Positions 18,999 through 27,686 of a DNA stretch of 64,000 bases are shown in pieces. The position numbers and the translations under genes were made by a program. Numbering within the stretch: the stretch's first letter is position 1; the number at the start of each line of letters is the position of its first letter. The notes below the pieces were generated by a model, which was not told the DNA's origin, did no database searches, and saw only the letters and a program-made list of their open reading frames with translations. This stretch comes from a virus. The stretch lies in the IMG/VR virus record IMGVR_UViG_3300008116_000004. One strand, given 5' to 3'.

Positions 18999-20796
18999 CT
19001 GCTCTACCCTGTAATGCTGCTACAGCATAAGAAAGCTGTAATCCTGGTACTTGAGATCTACATTTAGGATCAGCACAAGTGATAACTGTTCCACCACCTG
19101 GTTGTCCTGGTTGTGCTGATTCAAGATGAACATGAATTCCACCTTGATCGTTTTTTTCTAAAAGCACTTTACTATATGGAAGATTATCTCTTACGAAAGC
19201 TGCTATTTCAGCAGTAAAAGCATAATCTGGTTTATTAATACATCTTACATCTACCGCACCACCCTTAACATGGTTTGCAGAGTTATCTCTATACCAAGAA
19301 GAAATATAAACTCTTGAACCAAACTTCTCAATAAGCGGATCTAGAATATTCCATGCAACATTCATAGCTTCAGTTAAAATTTGTTTATGCTGAGAAGCTG
19401 ATGCGTCTCTTATATTTCTTATCATACCTACAGTAACATATCTTGAAATCTTTTCATTAGAATTATAGATAGAATTTGGTATTGGTAGAGGGTTTTTCTC
19501 CGCTCTACCATTATTAGTAACGTTACCACCTGGTCTATCATAAGCTGTAGTTGATACTGGTTCTGCTTGATAACCATAGTCTTGAACTGTAGTTTGCAAA
19601 CCACCACCTTTATTACCTGCAGCATATGCAGCTGCTTGAGGATTAGGTTCACCACCTTCATTCATATAAAGACTAAATTCTTCTGCAGACATACGAGCAG
19701 CATTTTTAGGAAAGTCTGGTGCAACTCTAATTGACGTAATAGAGTCTATAACAGTATTAGCATCTGGGTATTGTGCAAGTTGTGCAGCATTAGCATCTAC
19801 TGCAGAATCTACTGAAGGTGATCCGCTTGTTTGAATATCAGTAGCAGAGCCTTTAATATTAATTTTTGCTGATCCTAAAATATCTATAGTAGATGATGAG
19901 TGAATAGATGCTGCACTAGTAGAAGATAGTTTTGCAGTACCGTCAGCTTTCACTGCAAGATCATCTTTAGTGGATAATGTCATAGCACCTTCTGAAATTG
20001 CTTCTAAGGTATCTTTTGCATTAACACTTACTTTTTCTTTAGCATATACACCCACATTCTGCTGTGCATTTACTTCTACTGTCTTATCTGTTCTAATAGT
20101 AATATTTTGAGCTGCGTCAATATCTAGTGATCTTGGTGTTTGTATTCTCATTTTACCAGCAGATGTTAATCTATAATCACCTGCAACCATGTTACTGGTA
20201 TCTTTTGCTACTTCTGTAATTTTACTACCATCAATAGATTCATCTACTGAACCTTGTACAGTGGTGATCATGTTACCACCAACTGCAATATTAAAATCAC
20301 CACCAACGTTTAAATCTAGATCACCTTGTGTCTCTAAAGTAATTTTACTTTCACCTTTTAGGATTAGATGTCCAGATGCATATACTACACCATCTCCTTT
20401 AGGTGCAACTATACCAACACCCTTTTTACCAGTAGAGATAAGATGTATAGAACCATCAGCATCAATCATAATAGTTGCACCTGAGTGATGTTGCAACGTA
20501 ATAGTGTCTGCACCGAATGTATTATCAATAATTACTTTATTACCAGTTGCAGAAACAAAACCTTGCACATCTGTTGCTTCACTATGCCCAGATGAAACCC
20601 CTGCGCCTGGACCAGTATGTGTTATGCTTGAATCACTAGCTTGACCTGGTTTTTCACTAACAGATACTTCATAATATGGTGCAGGGTTACCTGCTGTCAT
20701 ACTTTGAGGAGCATTCGATTTTACTACACCATCACCTTCTGGGTTAGTGTAAGATTTTACTCTTTCTAGTTGAGTTGAAAATTGATCTACTGACAT
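18991..20796 (-). CDS. gp5 C-terminal-like beta-helix spike fused to peptidase M15-like domain
   Basis: ITLQHHSGATIMIDADGS and 8-residue V.G beta-helix repeats; C-terminal ISSWYR..NH..G.AVD..HVHLE (LAS/M15). Confidence 0.7.
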   Translation of the reverse strand: MSVDQFSTQLERVKSYTNPEGDGVVKSNAPQSMTAGNPAPYYEVSVSEKPGQASDSSITHTGPGAGVSSGHSEATDVQGFVSATGNKVIIDNTFGADTITLQHHSGATIMIDADGSIHLISTGKKGVGIVAPKGDGVVYASGHLILKGESKITLETQGDLDLNVGGDFNIAVGGNMITTVQGSVDESIDGSKITEVAKDTSNMVAGDYRLTSAGKMRIQTPRSLDIDAAQNITIRTDKTVEVNAQQNVGVYAKEKVSVNAKDTLEAISEGAMTLSTKDDLAVKADGTAKLSSTSAASIHSSSTIDILGSAKINIKGSATDIQTSGSPSVDSAVDANAAQLAQYPDANTVIDSITSIRVAPDFPKNAARMSAEEFSLYMNEGGEPNPQAAAYAAGNKGGGLQTTVQDYGYQAEPVSTTAYDRPGGNVTNNGRAEKNPLPIPNSIYNSNEKISRYVTVGMIRNIRDASASQHKQILTEAMNVAWNILDPLIEKFGSRVYISSWYRDNSANHVKGGAVDVRCINKPDYAFTAEIAAFVRDNLPYSKVLLEKNDQGGIHVHLESAQPGQPGGGTVITCADPKCRSQVPGLQLSYAVAALQGRAVG

Positions 20797-20799
20797 TAA

Positions 20800-21180
20800 T
20801 TAACCGCAATAATTATTATATAATGCTGATATTGATTGTTCAAGTTTATCATTATTACTTGATATAGAAGCTGTATCTGTATATCTAGCAAGCTCTCTAA
20901 TAGCTTTATAAAGAGTTACTTTTTGTTGTTCTGTAATATAGAAATTTGAATAAGCAGTAATGGATTTAGCATGTATGAATTTATTTAACCCGCCTATTAA
21001 ACACACAGTTGCAGATTGTTCATCTGCATTAGCACCTTGATACACTCTACCATCTATATCAATAATAAAAGTAAAAGATGAATAATTTTGTAAGTTTACT
21101 TTTTCATCTCTCAAAGTATTAGAGAATGAAAAAGTTAAATTTTTACAATATGCAATTGCTTCTGGGCTTACTTCATTCAT
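20800..21180 (-). CDS. Degenerate N-acetylmuramoyl-L-alanine amidase-like protein
   Basis: FIIDIDGRVYQG, VCLIGG and TEQQKVTL resemble the T7-lysozyme-type amidase core; Zn-binding His residues not evident. Confidence 0.5.
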   Translation of the reverse strand: MNEVSPEAIAYCKNLTFSFSNTLRDEKVNLQNYSSFTFIIDIDGRVYQGANADEQSATVCLIGGLNKFIHAKSITAYSNFYITEQQKVTLYKAIRELARYTDTASISSNNDKLEQSISALYNNYCG

Positions 21181-22148
21181 CTCTCACCTCCTACACCACC
21201 AGTATAGGAAAAACTAGAAAGAACATCTCTAGCTTTTTTAAGTTTTTTTAAATAAAAATTTGATTCTCTATTTACTGTCCACACACCATTTAATTTTTGA
21301 TAGGATGCATCTCTTTCATAGTAAATAATATTTGCTGCTGCATCTTGTATAGTAGTAGATGTAAGAAGTTTATTATAAGCGTTTCTTTCACTACTATGAA
21401 ACTCATGCCATACATAATCTAATTGATTTTCTAAAGGAGGTAGACTACCTTTTTTAGCTGTTGATAAATTGTATCCACAGAACTTTAAGAAACATGTTGC
21501 TCTATCTGCTCTCCATTGAGCAATCCCTAAAGATGGCATACCTCTATCATTTGGGTTGTATGCTTGAGGGTCAATACTATCACCCGATTCGACCATAAAG
21601 TTTCCTACTATTGCAGCAACTATACATTTTATATCACCGGTAAATGATCCCTCTTTAGATATTTTTTCCCAGAAGTAGTTGTATACTTTTTTAGCATTTG
21701 TAGATCCTACCAACATAGATGTAGAAGGTGTTCCTTCTGTTGCCTGATCTACACCACCACCATTGTATGCTGCATTAGGGTTAGATGAGTTATTACCTGA
21801 CGATTGAGGTGATGGTGTGCCCCCTGGTGAATTATTCATTGAGTTTTCACCACCATTAATAACACCCATAATAATAGGCTGCTGACTATCTTCTCCGTCA
21901 GCAAAAAAACCTACTACCCATGATCCTACTTTAAGACCATGACTAGCAACACCGCTTGATGTTTGTCCTCCTGTAGTAGGATATAATACCATAGCCCATG
22001 GAAGATCATCATTAGAAACCCTGGTAAGGTCTTCTGTATGATGTATACCAAATATTCTTACTCGCACTCGTGCACGATCATCTGCAATATCTTTTACTAC
22101 ACCGGTAAACCATCTAAAGCGATCGCCATAAAAATCATCTGCTATCAT
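21177..22148 (-). CDS. gp5: gp5 N-terminal OB fold + phage tail lysozyme (Phage_lysozyme2-like)
   Basis: WFTGVV..RVRVRIFGIH..LPWA..GSWVVGFFADG..QQPIIMG; then AAIVGNFMVES..GIAQW..QLDYVWHE. Confidence 0.85.
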   Translation of the reverse strand: MIADDFYGDRFRWFTGVVKDIADDRARVRVRIFGIHHTEDLTRVSNDDLPWAMVLYPTTGGQTSSGVASHGLKVGSWVVGFFADGEDSQQPIIMGVINGGENSMNNSPGGTPSPQSSGNNSSNPNAAYNGGGVDQATEGTPSTSMLVGSTNAKKVYNYFWEKISKEGSFTGDIKCIVAAIVGNFMVESGDSIDPQAYNPNDRGMPSLGIAQWRADRATCFLKFCGYNLSTAKKGSLPPLENQLDYVWHEFHSSERNAYNKLLTSTTIQDAAANIIYYERDASYQKLNGVWTVNRESNFYLKKLKKARDVLSSFSYTGGVGGER

Positions 22149-23581
22149 TATGCACCACCACTGCCGATAGGACGACCAGTTTCAGGATCTATAATTCTAT
22201 CACTTCTGTTATTACCTTCATTATAGAGTGAAACATCTTGTAATCTGTTAAGATAACCGTCTTTGTATATACGAAGAGAAGTTGCAGCAATACTACCTTG
22301 CGCTAGTACTTGTTTTACTTCTGAAATAATAAACAAACCGGAAATATACTTGTCGTTTTCTACTATATTGAAACCGTGATTTTCTGGTATATCACAGTAT
22401 ATTACATCACCTGCTTTTAAAAACATATTAGCAGGAACTGTGATAGTAAGATCAACTTGATTTAAAGCGTGTAGATATTTTGTAGTGTTACCAAACTTAT
22501 CTCTGTATGATGGTTGTTTTCTATCTTCTATACTTTTATCTTCATAATTGTTAATAATATATCTGACTCTATTAGAAATTTCCGCTTCATCTCCTTTATT
22601 TTTAACATAGTTAATATAGTTAGGAGTATTCATAGGAAATTTTTCTAATGCATACTTGTCGTTTACATACTCATTTAATTCTGTTTTAGTACTGTTATAA
22701 CTTTTTTGAAGTAGATTAATTTCAAATAATTCATTCTGAAAGTAACCACCAATAATTTTCTCTATTGAAGAAAATCTCTTATTATTAACTATATTAGTTA
22801 TTACTCTAAGATCTTGATCAGGGTCACCAGTAGGTGATGTCACGCTTATAGAAACATCGGACACATATACATACTTTTTCTTTCTTAAGAGCTCTCTTTT
22901 CTCTGGTGTATCTGCAGCATCTTGTATAAGCTGTTGTAGAGTAACAAAATTAAACTGGCTTAGATCTTCATAGAATAAAAACAAATAGTGATTATTGTAG
23001 TCTTTAGCAATAGCATGTTTAGCAAACCACTGCATAGCTTTATATGGTCTAAGATTAGGTACTACTAGTTTTCTAACCTGCTGGGTTGTTTCTTTTCTAA
23101 AACTTTTTCTTATCTGAAATTTTTCATAAGTTGGTTCTTTTACATATTCATCAAATAGTTTTTCTGCTGATTCTTCTATTGGATATGCATATGCATGTGA
23201 TACGTATTTCTTTGTATTTTGCAGAAAGAAAGGACTTATAAGATCAACTACGTACATCAATGATCTGGCTCTATCACTAGCAATAATTTTTCTAACACCC
23301 TTAATAATAAAACTTATTTTTCTTTCTGATGATCTAAAATCAGTCAAACCTGAAAGCTGTTCATAGTAAATAGTTATTAATTCTTCACCTACAAAAGGGT
23401 AGTTAACAAATAAACCAATTTGATCATTAACCAGCATTTCACCTTCGATAGCTGGTTTAAAGATCGACTGATAGATAGAAATTTCCACTATCTGAGGAGT
23501 AATATTTAACTCATCAGATCCGTTAAATTTAGTCATAGAGACTTTAGTAAGTCTAATGTCTAACGGATTTAAATTAGCCAT
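22148..23581 (-). CDS. Baseplate hub protein (gp27-like)
   Basis: ISIYQSIF..G....D, FLFYED, L.AGDVI..DKYISGLFIISEV; lies between gp53 and gp5. Confidence 0.65.
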   Translation of the reverse strand: MANLNPLDIRLTKVSMTKFNGSDELNITPQIVEISIYQSIFKPAIEGEMLVNDQIGLFVNYPFVGEELITIYYEQLSGLTDFRSSERKISFIIKGVRKIIASDRARSLMYVVDLISPFFLQNTKKYVSHAYAYPIEESAEKLFDEYVKEPTYEKFQIRKSFRKETTQQVRKLVVPNLRPYKAMQWFAKHAIAKDYNNHYLFLFYEDLSQFNFVTLQQLIQDAADTPEKRELLRKKKYVYVSDVSISVTSPTGDPDQDLRVITNIVNNKRFSSIEKIIGGYFQNELFEINLLQKSYNSTKTELNEYVNDKYALEKFPMNTPNYINYVKNKGDEAEISNRVRYIINNYEDKSIEDRKQPSYRDKFGNTTKYLHALNQVDLTITVPANMFLKAGDVIYCDIPENHGFNIVENDKYISGLFIISEVKQVLAQGSIAATSLRIYKDGYLNRLQDVSLYNEGNNRSDRIIDPETGRPIGSGGA

Positions 23582-24137
23582 TATTTAAAAGATCTTTTAG
23601 TTGTTGTTTAAAATCAGTAATGAAGGCAGGTTTAAGAAGATTAATTTCTCTCTTCTCTTCATTCTTGTTATACTCATATTCCCATACACTAACTGGAGTC
23701 CAACCCGCAGGGTTTCCTAACTTAGTATATGTCTCATGAGTCATTTTGTAATTATAAGAGTTAATATCTGCTTGTGAATCAGAATTTAAACCTTCATAAT
23801 AATAGTAAGCAATAGAAGTAGTTATATTTGTAGAGTTAAGTTTCTCTGCTGTTGTATTATATTTTGCTTCCATATATGCTTTAAACTGTTTATCATCCAT
23901 TAACCAATCTTTGTATGGATCGACAACTCTATTAACCATATAAATTAACCAATCTAAAGAAGAGTCACCATACACATCATAAGCAATAATATCTGCACGG
24001 TCACCTTCTCTTAAAGTATATTTAAAAAATGTATTATAATCACTAAGAAACTTTTGTACAACTTCTGTCTCTACTAGTAGATGAGTTGCTTTTATATTAT
24101 CGTAATTAATATAAGGATAATAGTTAAATAGTGACAT
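23574..24137 (-). CDS. gp53: Baseplate wedge protein gp53
   Basis: YTLREGDRADIIAYDVYGD..WLI..N..DPY.DW; YEY..NE.KR.I.LL. Confidence 0.9.
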   Translation of the reverse strand: MSLFNYYPYINYDNIKATHLLVETEVVQKFLSDYNTFFKYTLREGDRADIIAYDVYGDSSLDWLIYMVNRVVDPYKDWLMDDKQFKAYMEAKYNTTAEKLNSTNITTSIAYYYYEGLNSDSQADINSYNYKMTHETYTKLGNPAGWTPVSVWEYEYNKNEEKREINLLKPAFITDFKQQLKDLLNNG

Positions 24138-24982
24138 TATCTTTCTCCAGGACCACTAGTTCTTAGAGAATTTAGACCAGCTTGTGCTGCTGATGTTCCA
24201 CTAGTTGCTATAAAATTATCTCTAGTAAGAATATCAATTTCTTGAAACCCTAGAGTAAATTCTACTGAAACAGGATTACCATCTCTAAAGAATGCTGGTG
24301 CTCCTGAACCTGCACTGTTAACATCTAATCTTGTAATAAAAGAGTCTCTTACATTAGGCATATTTACTTTACTAGCACCAGTAATAAAATCTAAAGTGGC
24401 AAGATAGGGATACTCTAATGCAAACCCACCTGCAATTATTTTAGGGTGCATAAGACCTTTTATTAGAGTGATCATACTCTGCATTCTGTTTGCTTCTCTT
24501 TCAGACTTAGCTGACATTTTCCAAGTAAAATTATAATTTTTTAATTTAACACCGTCAAATATTGTAGTTAAATGAGGGTTACGAACAACTCCAAATTGTG
24601 ATTGTGAAAATTTACCAATGCCAGTATCTGATATACCAGGTGCTAATGCTGCAGCATAACCTGCAATTTCTTTGATCTGATCTACACCAAAGTTACCTGT
24701 ATCTGCCATGGCTTTATAACGTTCCATCTGAGTAGCACCTGCTGTCATAACTTCAGATGGTGCATTACCAAGAAGTTCCATCTTCTCACCACTTACATCC
24801 ATATTAAAAGAATCAGTTATACCTTGAGGTATAGGCAGTCTAATAATAGTTTTTGCAGATGTTTTTGCAGCAGTACCTGGTCTCGGTCTACTATATTCTT
24901 TCAAAACTAGAACAGTGTAGAACTCTGGTACTTCTTCTGGAAAACCAAATTTTTGATAGTTATCAGCTCTTGTATCAGGCAT
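24137..24982 (-). CDS. gp48: Baseplate tail-tube cap gp48
   Basis: I.LPIP, NPH...FDGV..K.YNFTW, DG.PV...TL.FQE...LTR. Confidence 0.8.
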   Translation of the reverse strand: MPDTRADNYQKFGFPEEVPEFYTVLVLKEYSRPRPGTAAKTSAKTIIRLPIPQGITDSFNMDVSGEKMELLGNAPSEVMTAGATQMERYKAMADTGNFGVDQIKEIAGYAAALAPGISDTGIGKFSQSQFGVVRNPHLTTIFDGVKLKNYNFTWKMSAKSEREANRMQSMITLIKGLMHPKIIAGGFALEYPYLATLDFITGASKVNMPNVRDSFITRLDVNSAGSGAPAFFRDGNPVSVEFTLGFQEIDILTRDNFIATSGTSAAQAGLNSLRTSGPGER

Positions 24983-24991
24983 TTTTACCCC

Positions 24992-25014
24992 TATAAATAT
25001 TCTTATTATTTATG
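24992..25014. promoter_or_regulatory. Divergent late promoters between gp48 and gp4
   Basis: TATAAATA 24992-24999 (+); CATAAATA 25007-25014 (-). Confidence 0.65.
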
Positions 25015-25028
25015 GTAGTATTTTAAAC

Positions 25029-25472
25029 ATGGCGTATAAAGGCAAATTTAGACCTAAGAATCCGGAAAAGTATAAGGGTAACCCTACAAATATAATCTAT
25101 AGAAGTTTGTGGGAATTAAGATTTATGAGACACTTAGATACACACCCTTCTATATTACAATGGGCATCAGAAGAGATAACGATACCTTATGTAAGTCCTA
25201 TTGATAATAGAATTCATAGATACTTTCCTGATTTTTGGGTAAAAATGAAAGATAAAACTGGTGCAATAAATACTATGTTAGTAGAAATAAAACCGTACAA
25301 ACAAGTAAAAGAGCCAGTAAGGCAAGATAAGATTACACGTAGATATATCAACGAAGTAAAAACCTACGGTATTAATTCTGCAAAATGGAGAGCTGCAGAA
25401 CAATTCTGTCTTGATAAAAAGTGGCAGTTTAAAATTTTAACTGAAAAAGATCTAGGATTAGATAAAGTATAA
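25029..25472 (+). CDS. gp4: Head completion nuclease gp4 (TnsA-like)
   Basis: YKGKFRPKNPEKYKG..YRSLWE..HRYFPDF..EIKP..N.AKW.AA. Confidence 0.93.
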   Translation: MAYKGKFRPKNPEKYKGNPTNIIYRSLWELRFMRHLDTHPSILQWASEEITIPYVSPIDNRIHRYFPDFWVKMKDKTGAINTMLVEIKPYKQVKEPVRQDKITRRYINEVKTYGINSAKWRAAEQFCLDKKWQFKILTEKDLGLDKV

Positions 25473-26077
25473 TGCCAATCTTTACTGATATTCTCAATCA
25501 AGGTAGAACTAATGCAACTACAACTGGTATTATTAAACCAGGTTCTGTAGAAGCAAGAGATTGGTATAGAGAAAAAGCACGAGAAATCAGAAGTGTGAGA
25601 ATTGAGACTCTTATAAGGCAGAACCCAAATTACACTAAAGCTAATATAAGACCTGGGTTTATGTATCTATTTCAATATGATCCAAAATATAAAGAATCAC
25701 TACCTTTTTATGATAGATATCCTCTAGTGTTTCCTTTCGAAGATCAAGGTGATAGTTTTTTAGGAATGAATCTTCACTATTTACCACACATCTATAGAGC
25801 ACGATTAATGGATTTTCTATATGATATGGTAAGCAATCAAAAATATAATGATACTACCAGATTAAGAATTTCCTACCAACTACTTAATTCTGCTGCTCGT
25901 TATAAATATTTTAAACCTTGTGTTAAGAGATATCTTTATAGTCATGTACAAAGTAGATTTCTTTTAATACCTGCCAACGAATGGGACATAGCATTATTTT
26001 TACCTCTTGAAAGATTTGATAAGAAAACTAAAAATGATGTGTTTAAAAGTACGAGAAAGATTATAAATGGCCTTTAA
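25472..26077 (+). CDS. gp2: DNA end protector gp2
   Basis: YDPKYK..LPFYDRYPLVF..GMNLHYLP..PCVKRYL. Confidence 0.92.
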   Translation: MPIFTDILNQGRTNATTTGIIKPGSVEARDWYREKAREIRSVRIETLIRQNPNYTKANIRPGFMYLFQYDPKYKESLPFYDRYPLVFPFEDQGDSFLGMNLHYLPHIYRARLMDFLYDMVSNQKYNDTTRLRISYQLLNSAARYKYFKPCVKRYLYSHVQSRFLLIPANEWDIALFLPLERFDKKTKNDVFKSTRKIINGL

Positions 26078-26807
26078 TGTAGATGACATGCTGGGGGTTA
26101 TAAGCGGTTTAGGAGGTTTAACTAAATCTTCTAAATTCTTAGTACGTATTATACCACCTCGTTCGTTATTCGGGCTTGGAGGTAGATATTTAGAATTTTT
26201 ATGTGATAGTACTAACCTACCAGGTCTATCATGGCAAACTGATGAAATTAAAATGGCTGGTTATGGTAACATAGAAAAACGCCCTTATGGTTCAGTCTTT
26301 ACTGATGTCCCGCTATCTTTCTTTAATGACTCAGATGGTAGAGTTCTTAAATTCTTTCATCAATGGATGCAATCTGTTTATAACTTTAACGAAAATACTA
26401 ACCCTAACGCTACAGCTAAAAATCTTTTCAACAATACGTTTGCCTACCCTCAAGAATATTACGGTAACGTAGAGATATATCATTTTGATGATTCTGGTAT
26501 GAACATTATTAGTTATACATTAGTTGAAGCATACCCTATTGCTATAGGTGATATAGCAATGGATTGGAACCAAGATAGCACTCTTGTAAAAGTTCCAGTT
26601 AGTTTTACTTATACATACTGGTTTTCAGAGACATTAGATCAAGGCAATGTAAACTACAATTCATATTCGAGAGCTAATTCGCTAGGTAATTTTCAACCAA
26701 GAGTTGATGGATTTCTCGGTGGAGTACGAGAAATATTAAATATCACATCACCACTTCTTGTACAAAGACAGACGAATTTATTTGCAAGTGCAATACCACT
26801 TTTTTAA
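26067..26807 (+). CDS. gp54: Baseplate tail-tube initiator gp54 (gp19 family)
   Basis: LCDSTNLPG..KRPY..FFHQWM..EAYPI..VSFTYTYW; synteny gp2-gp54-gp26. Confidence 0.75.
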   Translation: MAFNVDDMLGVISGLGGLTKSSKFLVRIIPPRSLFGLGGRYLEFLCDSTNLPGLSWQTDEIKMAGYGNIEKRPYGSVFTDVPLSFFNDSDGRVLKFFHQWMQSVYNFNENTNPNATAKNLFNNTFAYPQEYYGNVEIYHFDDSGMNIISYTLVEAYPIAIGDIAMDWNQDSTLVKVPVSFTYTYWFSETLDQGNVNYNSYSRANSLGNFQPRVDGFLGGVREILNITSPLLVQRQTNLFASAIPLF

Positions 26808-26823
26808 TTGAGGATTATTTGAT

Positions 26824-27513
26824 ATGGCATTACCAAAGATTAAACACCCAACATATACTATAACTATCCCTTCTACAAAGAAGCAAGTAAACTTTAGACC
26901 GTTTACAGTACAAGAAGAAAAATTACTTCTTATGGCCCGTGCTTCAGAAAAGTCTGACGATATAGTATCTACTATTAAACAGATTATTCAAAATTGTATT
27001 ATTGAGCCAGTAGATGTTGATAAACTTGCTACGTTTGATATTGAATTTATTTTCTTAAGACTGCGTGCTAAATCAGTAGGTGAGGTAGTAGAATTAGAAT
27101 ATAAAGATGAAGAAGTGCCAGTTAAGTTTAAAGTAAATTTAGAAGAAGTGCAAGTTAAGTATAACCCAGATCATAAGAATAAATTTAACGTTCATGAAGA
27201 TATTGGTGTATTAATGAGATACCCAACACTTGATGAAATTATAGCAGTAGAATCTAGCGCAGATAAAGAAGAAGCTATTTTTAATGTTCTCTTTAAATGC
27301 GTCGATAAGATCTATGATAAAGAAACTGTATATAATGATTTCACTGAAAAAGAACTGCAAGAATTTATGGATAGCTTACCTATGGATGCACTACTAAAAA
27401 TTAAGGAGTTTTTTGATACTATGCCATCTGTAGAGCATACTGTATCACTGAAAAATTCTAAGGGTGAAACTAAAGATATCTTATTGAAGGGTCTCAACAG
27501 TTTTTTTTCGTAA
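26824..27513 (+). CDS. gp26: Baseplate hub assembly chaperone gp26
   Basis: MALPKI..PST...FRPFTVQEEKLLL..FDIEFIFLRLRAKSVGE..FFDTMP..GLNSFF. Confidence 0.9.
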   Translation: MALPKIKHPTYTITIPSTKKQVNFRPFTVQEEKLLLMARASEKSDDIVSTIKQIIQNCIIEPVDVDKLATFDIEFIFLRLRAKSVGEVVELEYKDEEVPVKFKVNLEEVQVKYNPDHKNKFNVHEDIGVLMRYPTLDEIIAVESSADKEEAIFNVLFKCVDKIYDKETVYNDFTEKELQEFMDSLPMDALLKIKEFFDTMPSVEHTVSLKNSKGETKDILLKGLNSFFS

Positions 27514-27686
27514 CGACCGGATATTCTAATATCGCGGTCTATTATCAAACACTCTTTTCACTAGTACAGCACCATAAATATAGTTTAACAGAGGTATACG
27601 AAATGTATCCTTACGAGAGAGATTTATTTGTAGATTTGCTTTTAAATCATCTTAAAAAATTAGAAGAAGAGAGTGCTAAAAAGTAA
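27507..27686 (+). CDS. gp51: gp51-like hub assembly protein in the -1 frame, lacking its own start codon
   Basis: Not in ORF track. FVTTGYSNIAVYYQTLFSLVQHHKYSLTEVYEMYPYERDLFVDLLLNHLKKLEEESAKK*; QHHKYSL.E...M.P.ER is the gp51-like signature. Confidence 0.8.
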   Translation, partial: FVTTGYSNIAVYYQTLFSLVQHHKYSLTEVYEMYPYERDLFVDLLLNHLKKLEEESAKK

